Virus record (IMG/VR): IMGVR_UViG_3300009965_000007
Span: 1-60,206 of that record
From: a virus
DNA length: 60,206 bases
Strand: one strand, 5' to 3'
Positions 1 to 9,394 of the stretch are shown here, one piece after another. Positions within the stretch are counted from its first letter, which is position 1; the number at the start of each line of letters is the position of its first letter. The position numbers and the translations under genes were made by a program. The notes below the pieces were generated by a model. That model was not told the DNA's origin. It made no database searches and saw only the letters and a list, made by a program, of their open reading frames with translations.

Positions 1-127
1 ACCGACATTGCAGACATAGAGAAAACAGTACTCCACGAAGCAGTAGCGCATCACGGATTAAGAGAACTCTTTGGAGACAACTTCGACAACTTCCTCGACA
101 CCGTATTTGCAAAAGCCGACATCGAAA
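1..127. repeat. Terminal overlap copy 1 (identical to 60080-60206); indicates a circular or terminally redundant contig with 60,079 bp unique length
   Basis: Direct comparison: 'accgacattgcagacatagag...gccgacatcgaaa' occurs at both window ends, 127/127 identical. Confidence 0.95.
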
Positions 128-3100
128 CAAGGCAACAAATAGCCCACCTGTCAGCAAAACACGGCTGGAACATACGCACGGCAACAGAGGAATATCTTGC
201 CTCAATGGCAGAAGATACCAACTTCGAGCAAATCAAACCCACACTGTGGCAACGCATCAAACAACTCTTTGGAGAAATAATGAGCGCATTTGGTTTACAT
301 CACGCTAACATCACCGACAACGACCTACGTTATATACTATGGCGTAGTTACAAGAACCTACAAAGCAGTGGCAAACACAGTATACTCGACAAGGTAGAAG
401 ATATTGCAATGCAGTACCGTCTGAAAGCTGGTAACTATGCCGACAAGGCGACAGACAATGTTTTGTATCGAAGTGGCATAGACCCTACAGCAACAGAAGT
501 TCTACCCGATGCACGCACACGTTACGAAAAGGAAACAAAAGAACCCGACAATATAGATTCTGTGCCAAAAACGCACAACTTCTTTAGACGTTTCTACAAA
601 TCGTACGTAGATAGTATGCTTGCATTGAAGTCATTCACAAACAGCGTACTAGAGGCAACAGGCGATAAGATGGCATCGCACGAAGACACCTACAAAGCCG
701 AAAATGCAATGACCTCCAAAAACAAAACAGACGGTGAAGTTTACAACCGTGACTACTACAACCCATTGCTCACGGCAGCGCAGCAGCTTTGCGAAGCCGT
801 AGGAATGGACTATGATGCACTCAATATGTATATGGTAGCAAAGCACGGATTGGAACGCAACGAGTATATGGGCAAGCGTGCAGCGCAGAACGACGAAAAT
901 GTATTGAAAGCAAAGAAAGCTTTGGAAGATGCACTGGTGGCTTACAACGAAGACCCCACAAGCAAGAATGAAGCAGCAGTACAAAAGGCGCAAGAAAAGT
1001 ATACAAAAGTATACGACAAGGCATTGGAAGTCCACACCAGCAGAGACTACTCTGGACTTACCGAACTCACAGACAAAGAAGATGTTGCGGAAGCCGAATA
1101 CGAAGCACAAAAGATTGTAGATGCTGTAGAAACGCCTGATGCAATGCCGAAAGTTACAGCGTTTTGGAGCAAAGTCAATGCAGCCACAAAACAGACGTTA
1201 AAGACTGGTTACGAAAGTGGCATAATGACAAAGGACACGTACGAGCATATTCTTAATATGTATAAGTATTATATTCCTTTGCGTGGGTGGGCTGAACCTA
1301 CCGCAGACGATGTTTATACATATTACAACAATCGCTCTTACGAGGGGAAACCACTTACAAAAACAGCAAAGGGGCGCACATCGCTTGCCGAAGACCCGAT
1401 GGCTATAATCGCATCTATGGCGCAGCGTAGTATAATTGAAGCCAACAGAAACAAGATGAAACAGACGTTTCTGAATTTCGTGCTTAACCACCCTACCAGT
1501 CTTGCTACAGTTGGCGAACAATGGTACATCAAAAATGCGTTAGGAGAATGGGAACGTAGCGATGCAAATATACCAGCAAATGCAACCCCCGATGAGATAA
1601 GCAAGATTATTGAAGAGCACGAATTGGAGATGCAAAGATTAGCCGAGCAGGGAGCAGCAATAAAGCAGCGCAACGGATTGAAGCTCGATAAGCGTGTAAT
1701 CAACGGAGAGGGTGCAGAGCACACCATCAAAGTATGGCGTGGTGGAAAAGAATATGTTATCTACATTAACGGAAACCCTGCAGTCGCACAAGCTGTAAAC
1801 GGTCTGACAAACCCCGACACGCAAGGCAGCGACTTACCTAAATGGGCTAAAATAGGAGCAGCACAGCTAAAGAATTTCTTATCAGGCGTGTATACAAGCT
1901 TTTCTCCAGCATTCGTACTTACCAACTTCACACGAGACCAATTATTTGCCTCACAAGCCGTGTATATAAAGTATGGACTGAAATACAAGCGGCAAGCCTC
2001 AAAGAATGCACGCAACCTACTCTTTAGCGGAGCATTGCCACGACTTGTGTACAAATGGGAACACGGCACACTTAATATGAACGATGAAACGGAACGTTAC
2101 TTCGATGAGTTTATGCGTGGGGGTGGCGAGACAGGTTTCACAGCCTTGCGAGACATAGAGAGCATAAAGAAAGAAGTAAAAGATGCCGTCAATGGAAACA
2201 AAGCAAACATTGCAAAGCGTGGGTGGAAGTCATTCATCAATGCCGTAGAGTTTGCCAACCGAAGTGCAGAAGATTTCAGCCGCTTTGTAACATTTATGAC
2301 AAGCCGCCAGCAAGGCAAGAATATCGTTGATGCAATCTACGACGCAAAGGATATTACTGTGAACTTCAATAAGAAAGGCAGCGGAGAAATGGGCAGCAGG
2401 TTTATGAACTTCGCTTACATCTTCTTCAATGCAGCCGTGCAGTCCATAAACAATTTCGGCACAATGCTAAAGCAGCACCCTGCACGCACAATGCTTGTAA
2501 TATCCAAGTTCGGTGCTTTGGGCTTTGGAGTGCCAATGCTCAACGCTTTCCTTACAGCACTTTGTGGTGGAGGCGATGATGATAAGTATTGGGACAATAT
2601 GGATTGGGTTCGCAGAAACAACATCGTGTTACGTATACCATTCTTAGAAAAAACATTCATAAGCATTCCATTGCCGCAAGAGTTAAGACCTTTCTATGGT
2701 ATGGGAGAAATAGCAGCATCTATTCTGTTTGGAAAGGAAACGTTCTCAAGCGGACTGCAAAAAGCCGTAGAGGGATTCACAGGACTATTGCCTATAGACT
2801 TCACAGGCAACGGTGGGAACTTGCCCATAACGCTTACACCTACCGTTCTGCAGCCAGTTGCACAGTATATGTTTAATACAGACTACTTCGGCAGAAAGGT
2901 ATATAACGACAATGAGAAAAAGAAGTTTGCTCCAGGTTGGACTAAAGCATTCAGCAGCACGCCACCATTACTCATAGATGCTACAAAATTCTTCAACAGC
3001 CTAACAGGCGGAAATGATGTAGACAGAGGAGGCGTTAATCTCAACCCTGATGTTATAAACCACTTTGTAAAAGGTTACTTCGGAGGTCCTGCAACGTTCG

Positions 3101-3738
3101 TTACACAGATGAGTAGCTTGCTTTATAAAGGCTTTAAGGGAAATGCAAAAGAGATACGTTGGAGAGACGTACCCGTTGCCAGCCGATTTGTACAGCAACT
3201 CGACGAACGAAGTGTGAGAAGCAGCGCACAGGGCAGCTACAAAGACTTCAAGGAAGAGACAGAAGAGACAGAGTACCGACTTTCCAATTACAAGAAGCAG
3301 GTAAAAATGGGTAAAATGGAATATGCCAAAATGATAACAGACTTAATTAAAAGTCCTGAATATCAACGCTACAAAATAGCAAAGGCATATAAAAAGCCAA
3401 TGGACTTGCTACAGGAAACATTGAGCCACATAGACAATACTACCGACAAAAAGGAAGTCGAAAAGGCACTCACAGGACTACGCCATTATATGATGGAGAC
3501 AGTAGAAAGTGAACAGAAAGGAAAGCACGCTAAACGTGAGGAAGATTTCAACTATTTAGGAGATAATCTTAGCGAGTTGAACAATAATCTAAAGTCTTCA
3601 TTACGAAGCCTCAAACGAAACGAAGAACAGCGTTTAGATGGCGAAGAAGATGATGGTATAGAAGAACTTATCAGCGAAGACAAAGAAACAACAATGCGTA
3701 TCATTCGTGAAATGAACAAGCTCTTCAAAAAGAAATAA
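1..3738 (+). CDS. C-terminal part (about 1,245 codons) of the giant polyvalent-type virion/ejection protein that starts at 49082
   Basis: Frame 1 is open from base 1 (TDIADIEKTVLHEAVAHHGL...) into the listed 205..3738 ORF. Base 1 is equivalent to 60080 and in frame with ATG 49082. Hydrophobic helix-like segments lie near 2490-2560. Confidence 0.85.
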   Translation, partial: TDIADIEKTVLHEAVAHHGLRELFGDNFDNFLDTVFAKADIETRQQIAHLSAKHGWNIRTATEEYLASMAEDTNFEQIKPTLWQRIKQLFGEIMSAFGLHHANITDNDLRYILWRSYKNLQSSGKHSILDKVEDIAMQYRLKAGNYADKATDNVLYRSGIDPTATEVLPDARTRYEKETKEPDNIDSVPKTHNFFRRFYKSYVDSMLALKSFTNSVLEATGDKMASHEDTYKAENAMTSKNKTDGEVYNRDYYNPLLTAAQQLCEAVGMDYDALNMYMVAKHGLERNEYMGKRAAQNDENVLKAKKALEDALVAYNEDPTSKNEAAVQKAQEKYTKVYDKALEVHTSRDYSGLTELTDKEDVAEAEYEAQKIVDAVETPDAMPKVTAFWSKVNAATKQTLKTGYESGIMTKDTYEHILNMYKYYIPLRGWAEPTADDVYTYYNNRSYEGKPLTKTAKGRTSLAEDPMAIIASMAQRSIIEANRNKMKQTFLNFVLNHPTSLATVGEQWYIKNALGEWERSDANIPANATPDEISKIIEEHELEMQRLAEQGAAIKQRNGLKLDKRVINGEGAEHTIKVWRGGKEYVIYINGNPAVAQAVNGLTNPDTQGSDLPKWAKIGAAQLKNFLSGVYTSFSPAFVLTNFTRDQLFASQAVYIKYGLKYKRQASKNARNLLFSGALPRLVYKWEHGTLNMNDETERYFDEFMRGGGETGFTALRDIESIKKEVKDAVNGNKANIAKRGWKSFINAVEFANRSAEDFSRFVTFMTSRQQGKNIVDAIYDAKDITVNFNKKGSGEMGSRFMNFAYIFFNAAVQSINNFGTMLKQHPARTMLVISKFGALGFGVPMLNAFLTALCGGGDDDKYWDNMDWVRRNNIVLRIPFLEKTFISIPLPQELRPFYGMGEIAASILFGKETFSSGLQKAVEGFTGLLPIDFTGNGGNLPITLTPTVLQPVAQYMFNTDYFGRKVYNDNEKKKFAPGWTKAFSSTPPLLIDATKFFNSLTGGNDVDRGGVNLNPDVINHFVKGYFGGPATFVTQMSSLLYKGFKGNAKEIRWRDVPVASRFVQQLDERSVRSSAQGSYKDFKEETEETEYRLSNYKKQVKMGKMEYAKMITDLIKSPEYQRYKIAKAYKKPMDLLQETLSHIDNTTDKKEVEKALTGLRHYMMETVESEQKGKHAKREEDFNYLGDNLSELNNNLKSSLRSLKRNEEQRLDGEEDDGIEELISEDKETTMRIIREMNKLFKKK

Positions 3739-3742
3739 CAGC

Positions 3743-3780
3743 ACGCCGAAGCCCTATAAATCCACATAGGGCTTCGGTGT
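3743..3780 (+). terminator. Hairpin after the giant ORF
   Basis: CCGAAGCCCTAT / ATAGGGCTTCGG 12-bp stem with an 8-nt loop, directly after the stop at 3738. The downstream T-tract is weak. Confidence 0.6.
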
Positions 3781-3799
3781 TATAATTCACATACCTAAA

Positions 3800-3842
3800 T
3801 TAATACTTAACCGCACTTAAACATTTCGCATTCATATCTTTG
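3800..3842 (+). promoter_or_regulatory. Late-type promoter P1 (portal)
   Basis: TTAATACTTAA (3800-3810), 24 nt, then TATCTTTG (3835-3842, fits Bacteroidetes -7 consensus TAnnTTTG). ATG at 3865. Confidence 0.7.
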
Positions 3843-3864
3843 CGACAGATAAAAATATATTTTT

Positions 3865-5829
3865 ATGGCAAAGAAAGAAAAACTGTTAAGTGTAAAACGT
3901 GTCTGTTCTATTAAAGATAGGCGTGCAATGGATAGCGTTGCTAATTCAAAGCTCAACAACAAGGCACGTGCTTACGATGTACTGTTCCAGGCGCAGCAAT
4001 ACTATATGAATATGAGCGAGTTTCGCAAAGAACGTGAGCGAAATAAACGATATGCGTATGGCAAGCAATGGGAAGACGTCATTTGTGTAGAGGGCAAAAG
4101 AATAACGGAAGCCGAATATATCAGACGGCAAGGAAACATACCATTGAAAAACAACCTTATCAGGCGTTTGGTACGCAGCGTGTTAGGCGTTTACCGAAGT
4201 CAGAGCAAAGAACCTATATGCGTAGCAAGAGACCGAGACGAGCAGCGTATTGGCGAAACGATGTCTACTATATTACAATGCAATAGGCAGCTTAATCGTA
4301 TGGACGAAATAAGCGCACGGAGCATTGAGGAGTTTTTGATTAGTGGTTTCATTGTACACCGCAAATGGTACGGCTGGCGCAATAACAAATTAGACTGTTG
4401 GACAGATTATGTACAGCCCAACAATTTCTTCATTGACAACAAAATGCGTGATTTCAGAGGGTGGGACGCAAGTTGCATAGGAGAAATTCACGATGTCAGT
4501 TTCAATACTCTGTGCGGACAGTTTGCAAAGACACCCGAAGACTATTATAAATTATCCGAAATATACAAGTCTGCAAAAGACCAACAGAATATCGTAAGCA
4601 ACTTTACAAGCTTTGGAGCATCGGACAATACAGATATTAGCTTCTTTATGCCCAGAGACGGCAATCTTTGCAGAGTAATAGAGGTATGGCGCAAGGAAAG
4701 CAAACCACGCTATCGCATTCACGACCCTAACAATGGAGATATTTACAAGATAGATGTAGAAGACTACCAACAACTGTTTCTCTCTGTAAACGAAGAGAGA
4801 AAACAACAGGCAATAGAGGCAGGTATGGATTTAGAAGATGTGCCTTTCTTACGTGCCACGTGGTTTATGGACGATTATTGGTATTACTACTATTTAACGC
4901 CATTCGGAGATATCCTCGATGAGGGAGAAACACCATACGAACACAAGAGCCACCCATACGTATTCAAAGCCTATCCATTCATAGACGGAGAGATACATTC
5001 ATTCGTAAATGACGTGATAGACCAGCAGCGATACACCAACCGACTAATTACGTTATACGACTGGATAATGAGGTCAAGTGCAAAAGGAGTACTACTCGTG
5101 CCTGAACAGAGTTTAGGGAGTATGTCAGTGGAAGAGATTGCAGATGAATGGAGCAGGTTTAATGGTGTCATTGCCTACAAACCAAAGGCAGGAGTACCTA
5201 TCCCACAACAGATTGCCGTAAACTCTACAAATATAGGCATATCAGAACTACTCAACATACAGCTTAAGTTCTTTGAGGATATTTCAGGTATTCACGGAGC
5301 ATTGCAAGGTAAACCTGGATATAGTACAACAAGTGGTTCTCTCTATGCACAGCAGGCACAGAACGCAACCACAACTCTGTTAGACCTACTCGAAACATTC
5401 AGTCAGTTTATTGTAGATGGAGCATACAAGGACGTTAAGAATATGCAACAGTTCTACGATGGCAAACGTGTATTCAACATTGCAGGCAAGAGTGGGAAGA
5501 TAGTTGTCTACGACCCTAAATTAATTCGAGACGTTGAATTTGATTTGAGCATAGTAGAAAGCACATCTACACCAGCATTCAGGCAAGTTGCCAACGACTT
5601 CCTAATGCAGATTTGGCAAAGTGGACAAATCAATTTGGAACAGCTACTCGAATACGGAGACTTCCCATTTGCCGACGAACTGTTACAGAGCATAAAGGCA
5701 CAGAAAGCAGAAATGCAACAGCAAGGAGGAACACCGAACGGACTGCCGCCCGAATTACAACAGCAAGTTCAACAAGGTGCAGATATGGACGCTGTAAACA
5801 AGGGCTATAATATGCTTAAAGCCTCATAA
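3865..5829 (+). CDS. Portal protein (putative)
   Basis: 654-aa ORF next to the large terminase. The N-terminal 'FRKERERNKRYAYGKQWED' region looks portal-like, and size and position fit the packaging module. Confidence 0.7.
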   Translation: MAKKEKLLSVKRVCSIKDRRAMDSVANSKLNNKARAYDVLFQAQQYYMNMSEFRKERERNKRYAYGKQWEDVICVEGKRITEAEYIRRQGNIPLKNNLIRRLVRSVLGVYRSQSKEPICVARDRDEQRIGETMSTILQCNRQLNRMDEISARSIEEFLISGFIVHRKWYGWRNNKLDCWTDYVQPNNFFIDNKMRDFRGWDASCIGEIHDVSFNTLCGQFAKTPEDYYKLSEIYKSAKDQQNIVSNFTSFGASDNTDISFFMPRDGNLCRVIEVWRKESKPRYRIHDPNNGDIYKIDVEDYQQLFLSVNEERKQQAIEAGMDLEDVPFLRATWFMDDYWYYYYLTPFGDILDEGETPYEHKSHPYVFKAYPFIDGEIHSFVNDVIDQQRYTNRLITLYDWIMRSSAKGVLLVPEQSLGSMSVEEIADEWSRFNGVIAYKPKAGVPIPQQIAVNSTNIGISELLNIQLKFFEDISGIHGALQGKPGYSTTSGSLYAQQAQNATTTLLDLLETFSQFIVDGAYKDVKNMQQFYDGKRVFNIAGKSGKIVVYDPKLIRDVEFDLSIVESTSTPAFRQVANDFLMQIWQSGQINLEQLLEYGDFPFADELLQSIKAQKAEMQQQGGTPNGLPPELQQQVQQGADMDAVNKGYNMLKAS

Positions 5830-5834
5830 TAAAA

Positions 5835-5862
5835 ACAAAGGTTGCGATTATGCAACCTTTGT
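5835..5862. terminator. Bidirectional hairpin between convergent portal and terminase genes
   Basis: ACAAAGGTTGC / GCAACCTTTGT perfect 11-bp stem, with an A-run on the left and a T-rich right flank. Confidence 0.75.
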
Positions 5863-5961
5863 CGTTTCTGTTTATAACACGGCAGTTGGTATATATGTCA
5901 AAAAATCAACCTCTTTTCATAAACCCATCAATTTCGATGGGTTTAAAATCATACATACCAC

Positions 5962-8091
5962 CTATATTGTTGCTTCTGACAAAACTCTTTTGTGTGTCTT
6001 GCTTTCAGCAGCACTCTTTATTGTTGATATTATCTTTGGTATCTCCATTTCGTAGAAACAGATGTGCAGCCCTATTGCTCGTGTCATCAACAAGTCATCG
6101 TGCTTGCCAACGATAGCACCAAATGCACCGTTTTTCTTACGCTCATAAAACAGATACTCATCAATACAACGTTCGTCTCTCTCCACGTACATTTGTTTTC
6201 TTATCACCTTTACAAGTGTTGATATAATCATCGGTTTTGTAGAGACGTTCGTGTGCCAACCATAACGTTTTGGCGCACCCTCCGCAATAGCCTCCGCACT
6301 TTGTTTACGTGCGTAAAGGTTTGGATATACATCTTTTATTTGGTCTAATATAAATGGAGCCTGTACACCGTCTACAACTCTGTCTTTGTCTTTTGTTTCG
6401 AGCGTGTTGCTCTCTATTACCAACAATGCATTGTCATAGTAGGCAGCTATCTGTGCAGATTTCCACGCAAGAATATCCATATCGGTGTGTCCATACCATT
6501 GTGCAACAACCGACGGCTTATCACCGTCCATCATATAGAACCTGTCAAATACGGTTATAACAGAGTAGTCGGCTTTTGCAGAACGCCCACCAATGTCCAC
6601 AACAACAAGATAGCGATTTGTAACTTTTTCATTTGCCCATACTTCAGGCTTCTTCCATATCCACAAGCAACCCTGACGGTCCTCAATAAAGCGTAAGCCT
6701 TTGAATGCCTCTTTACCCTCGTCTCCATCGGCAACCATATCACCAATGAATTGAGGAGGACAACAAGACTTCTTTAATTTCGCTACTAAATACTTGTCAA
6801 ATACTCTTGTGCCTGAATGTACAAACGCCTCCACATCGTCAGACGGATATTCAGATGCCATTGTAGCGTGGTCAGGTTTTCCTTTTCTCTCTTCCACATA
6901 CCAATGTATAGCTTCGAGGGTTGCGCCAAGCTCCCACAGATACCACAAGTATTTACCACTCTCTTCACGTTCGTTGCTAACATTGGTGTTATTTCTATTC
7001 TTCCATAGCTCGATAGCGAAGTCTGCTTTTTCATCTTCATTCTTAAATGGTAAGCTGTATATATCAATATCAAACCACGATATAAACAATGCCTGGAATT
7101 GTGATACACCTTTCTTTGCAGCGTCATATTCACGCTGGAAGAAATTACCTGTACCATTTGCCGTACTTTCGTAAACTATCATCGTGTACGGCTTTAGCTG
7201 AATACCTGAACAAGCAGACCGTACTATGTCTTCAGGCTTCTTTCCATCTGTAGTTTTCCAAACACCTACTTCGGAAAGGTGTACCAAGTTGTAATCGCCA
7301 CCACGACAACTATCAGGACGTTCGGCTGTACCTATTTTTATTTTACAGTTTCGTTGTGGCACTCTGTATATCGCCCCCGATTTACCTACTCCAACAAGTT
7401 TAGGCTCGTTAGCGTTGTAATACTCCCCTATCTTGTGTAGCATCTTTGTCGGATATGCTTTAATCATACGGTCGAACATATCCTTAATTTCATCTGATGC
7501 TGTACCCTGATGCGCAATGATAAGAGAATTTAAGCCTACCTTGTGAACAAGCTGCAACCACGCCATATACAGCTGTGATGTAGTAGAACCACCCCATTGC
7601 CTGGCTTTCAACAATATAAGTCGTATAGGCTTGTTTGCAAGGCGAAGTGTTTCCAACCTCTCTACAAACCTACGTTGTGGACGTGTCAGACGAAACAAGA
7701 CATCTTCGCCACCACCTTTATTTTTAATGTACACAAGCAAGGCTGCCCAAAACGCAAAGTCGTACTGTATGCGTATGCGAACAATCTGCTCTATTATTTT
7801 TAGCCTGTTTTCCTCCGTGTACTCCGCATCCATTTCCTTTTCGCAAAACACTTTCATAGACTTGTGTTTTACGATAAGTTTAACAAGAGGAACATTTAAC
7901 ATTCCCACAGGTAGATACTGTACAGGTAATGGGTGGTCTTTTATTTCTACTTTCTTTCTCTTGCCAACAGACCCCTCGCCTGTAATGGGATTAAACAGAC
8001 GGTTATTCGCTTCGTTACGCTTGTCGTTTTCATCAAGCAGCTTCGATACTCGAACATCTATTTGTTTCTTACCCGTCTCCGTTCGTACCAT
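5962..8091 (-). CDS. terL: Terminase large subunit
   Basis: 709 aa. Walker-A-like 'KARQWGGSTTS' in the N-terminal ATPase part and a C-terminal nuclease-like 'VVDIGGRSAKADYSVITV'. Sits next to the portal gene. Confidence 0.9.
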   Translation of the reverse strand: MVRTETGKKQIDVRVSKLLDENDKRNEANNRLFNPITGEGSVGKRKKVEIKDHPLPVQYLPVGMLNVPLVKLIVKHKSMKVFCEKEMDAEYTEENRLKIIEQIVRIRIQYDFAFWAALLVYIKNKGGGEDVLFRLTRPQRRFVERLETLRLANKPIRLILLKARQWGGSTTSQLYMAWLQLVHKVGLNSLIIAHQGTASDEIKDMFDRMIKAYPTKMLHKIGEYYNANEPKLVGVGKSGAIYRVPQRNCKIKIGTAERPDSCRGGDYNLVHLSEVGVWKTTDGKKPEDIVRSACSGIQLKPYTMIVYESTANGTGNFFQREYDAAKKGVSQFQALFISWFDIDIYSLPFKNEDEKADFAIELWKNRNNTNVSNEREESGKYLWYLWELGATLEAIHWYVEERKGKPDHATMASEYPSDDVEAFVHSGTRVFDKYLVAKLKKSCCPPQFIGDMVADGDEGKEAFKGLRFIEDRQGCLWIWKKPEVWANEKVTNRYLVVVDIGGRSAKADYSVITVFDRFYMMDGDKPSVVAQWYGHTDMDILAWKSAQIAAYYDNALLVIESNTLETKDKDRVVDGVQAPFILDQIKDVYPNLYARKQSAEAIAEGAPKRYGWHTNVSTKPMIISTLVKVIRKQMYVERDERCIDEYLFYERKKNGAFGAIVGKHDDLLMTRAIGLHICFYEMEIPKIISTIKSAAESKTHKRVLSEATI

Positions 8092-8492
8092 TTTGATTTA
8101 ATCTTACTGATGATTACTTTTATAGAACCCTCTGTAAGGTAGAATTTTGGCGCAGGTTGTCTAACCACTTTAAATATTATCTTTGTAAGACTAAGTGTTG
8201 GATATTTCTGTTTCATTATGGTTGCTCGCCTGTATATCTCAAAGAACATATCACGCTTGTTCTTGCCCATACCAATCAGGGTATCGCCTTTCATAATCTG
8301 CAAAACAACTATTAACGCACGTTCTTCACTTACCCAAAAGCGATCAGACGGACTATTTGACATCTTTCGATAAATCTCCTCCGAACAAATAAACTTTACT
8401 TCTGATATAAGCTGATGATAAAGCCGTAATAGATTATTATTGCGTTCTTGCTCGTATTCAAATACACTCCCAAAGTTTTTCATAAACACCAA
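8058..8492 (-). CDS. Hypothetical protein; small terminase subunit candidate by position
   Basis: 144-aa ORF immediately upstream of terL, overlapping it by 34 nt, with a basic C-terminus. No recognisable motif. Confidence 0.35.
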   Translation of the reverse strand: MVFMKNFGSVFEYEQERNNNLLRLYHQLISEVKFICSEEIYRKMSNSPSDRFWVSEERALIVVLQIMKGDTLIGMGKNKRDMFFEIYRRATIMKQKYPTLSLTKIIFKVVRQPAPKFYLTEGSIKVIISKIKSKWYERRRVRNK

Positions 8493-8533
8493 TATAAATA
8501 ACTATCTGTTATATTGGCACTTGTTCCCAACTA

Positions 8534-8577
8534 CAAAGATAGTGTTTTGTGTTAATACTTAAAAGTATAACTATTAA
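8534..8577 (-). promoter_or_regulatory. Late-type promoter P5 (terminase operon), degenerate upstream element
   Basis: Minus strand reads TTAATAGTTAT (8577-8567), 25 nt, then TATCTTTG (8541-8534). ATG at 8492. Confidence 0.55.
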
Positions 8578-8594
8578 TAATGTACCTATTTTTG
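8552..8594 (+). promoter_or_regulatory. Late-type promoter P2 (scaffold/capsid operon)
   Basis: TTAATACTTAA (8552-8562), 24 nt, then TATTTTTG (8587-8594). ATG at 8624. Confidence 0.7.
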
Positions 8595-8623
8595 CGCTAT
8601 CAACTACAAAATATTGTTTTACA

Positions 8624-9364
8624 ATGGCAGAAGAGCAAAAAAATACCCCGCAAAAAAACAAACGTGAACTTTTTATGGAGCGTTTGAAAACCAAATATCC
8701 CGACGATAATTTCGATGACGAAGAAGTATTGTACGGCAGACTTGGCGAAGATTACGATAACGCAGAGAATGAAATCGCAGAATACAAGAAACACGAAGAT
8801 GAATTAGCAGGTATGTTCGCTGCCGACCCCCGAAGTGCAGGCTACCTTAATAGTTGGCGTAAAGGCGCAGACCCTGCAGTAGAACTTATTCGTATGTTTG
8901 GCGACGATGTAAGAGAGGCGTTAGATGACCCCGATAAGCAAGAAGCATTAGAGGAGGCACACAAAGAATACCTCGATAAGGTTAGCAAGTCCAAAGAGTT
9001 GGAAGAGGAATACAGCAAGAATTTAGAGGTATCTTTAGAAGAATTATCTAAATTTCAGGAGGATAACAACCTAACCGATGAAGAACTCGACAACGTTTCA
9101 GAGTTTATTATGACGATTATCACGGACGGTATCAACGGCAAGATTACACGAGATACAATGGATATGGCATTAAAGGCACTCAACCACGACACCGACATAG
9201 CCGAAGCAAGCCACGAAGCCGAAGTAAGAGGCAAGAATGCAAAGATAACAGAAAAGCTCCGCAAAACAGGAGACGGAATGGCAGCTATGGGAGGACAAAA
9301 CGGAATACCAGAAAAACCAAAACGCAGATCGACTATTTTTAGCGATGCGGAAATGGCAAAATAA
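8624..9364 (+). CDS. Scaffolding protein (putative)
   Basis: Acidic, coiled-coil-like 246-aa protein (MAEEQKNT...) directly upstream of the capsid gene. The ATG at 8624 is preferred over the listed 8549 start because of the promoter position. Confidence 0.55.
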   Translation: MAEEQKNTPQKNKRELFMERLKTKYPDDNFDDEEVLYGRLGEDYDNAENEIAEYKKHEDELAGMFAADPRSAGYLNSWRKGADPAVELIRMFGDDVREALDDPDKQEALEEAHKEYLDKVSKSKELEEEYSKNLEVSLEELSKFQEDNNLTDEELDNVSEFIMTIITDGINGKITRDTMDMALKALNHDTDIAEASHEAEVRGKNAKITEKLRKTGDGMAAMGGQNGIPEKPKRRSTIFSDAEMAK

Positions 9365-9394
9365 AATTTTTACTAATAATATTTGTATAAAAGT

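Noticed and set aside
1-127. Interpreting the 127-bp end repeat as a genuine direct terminal repeat of the virion DNA.
   Set aside because: This cannot be excluded. However, the length equals a common assembler k-mer and a coding frame runs through it, so an assembly overlap of a circular or permuted genome is favoured.
5850-8142. + strand ORFs within or antisense to terL (for example 5850..6116, 6794..7174, 7631..8101).
   Set aside because: They are antisense to the terminase gene, with no independent support.
8549-8623. Upstream extension of the scaffold-like ORF (listed start 8549).
   Set aside because: The extension would begin inside the promoter element (8552-8594). The ATG at 8624 gives an 'MAE...' N-terminus like several other genes of this phage.
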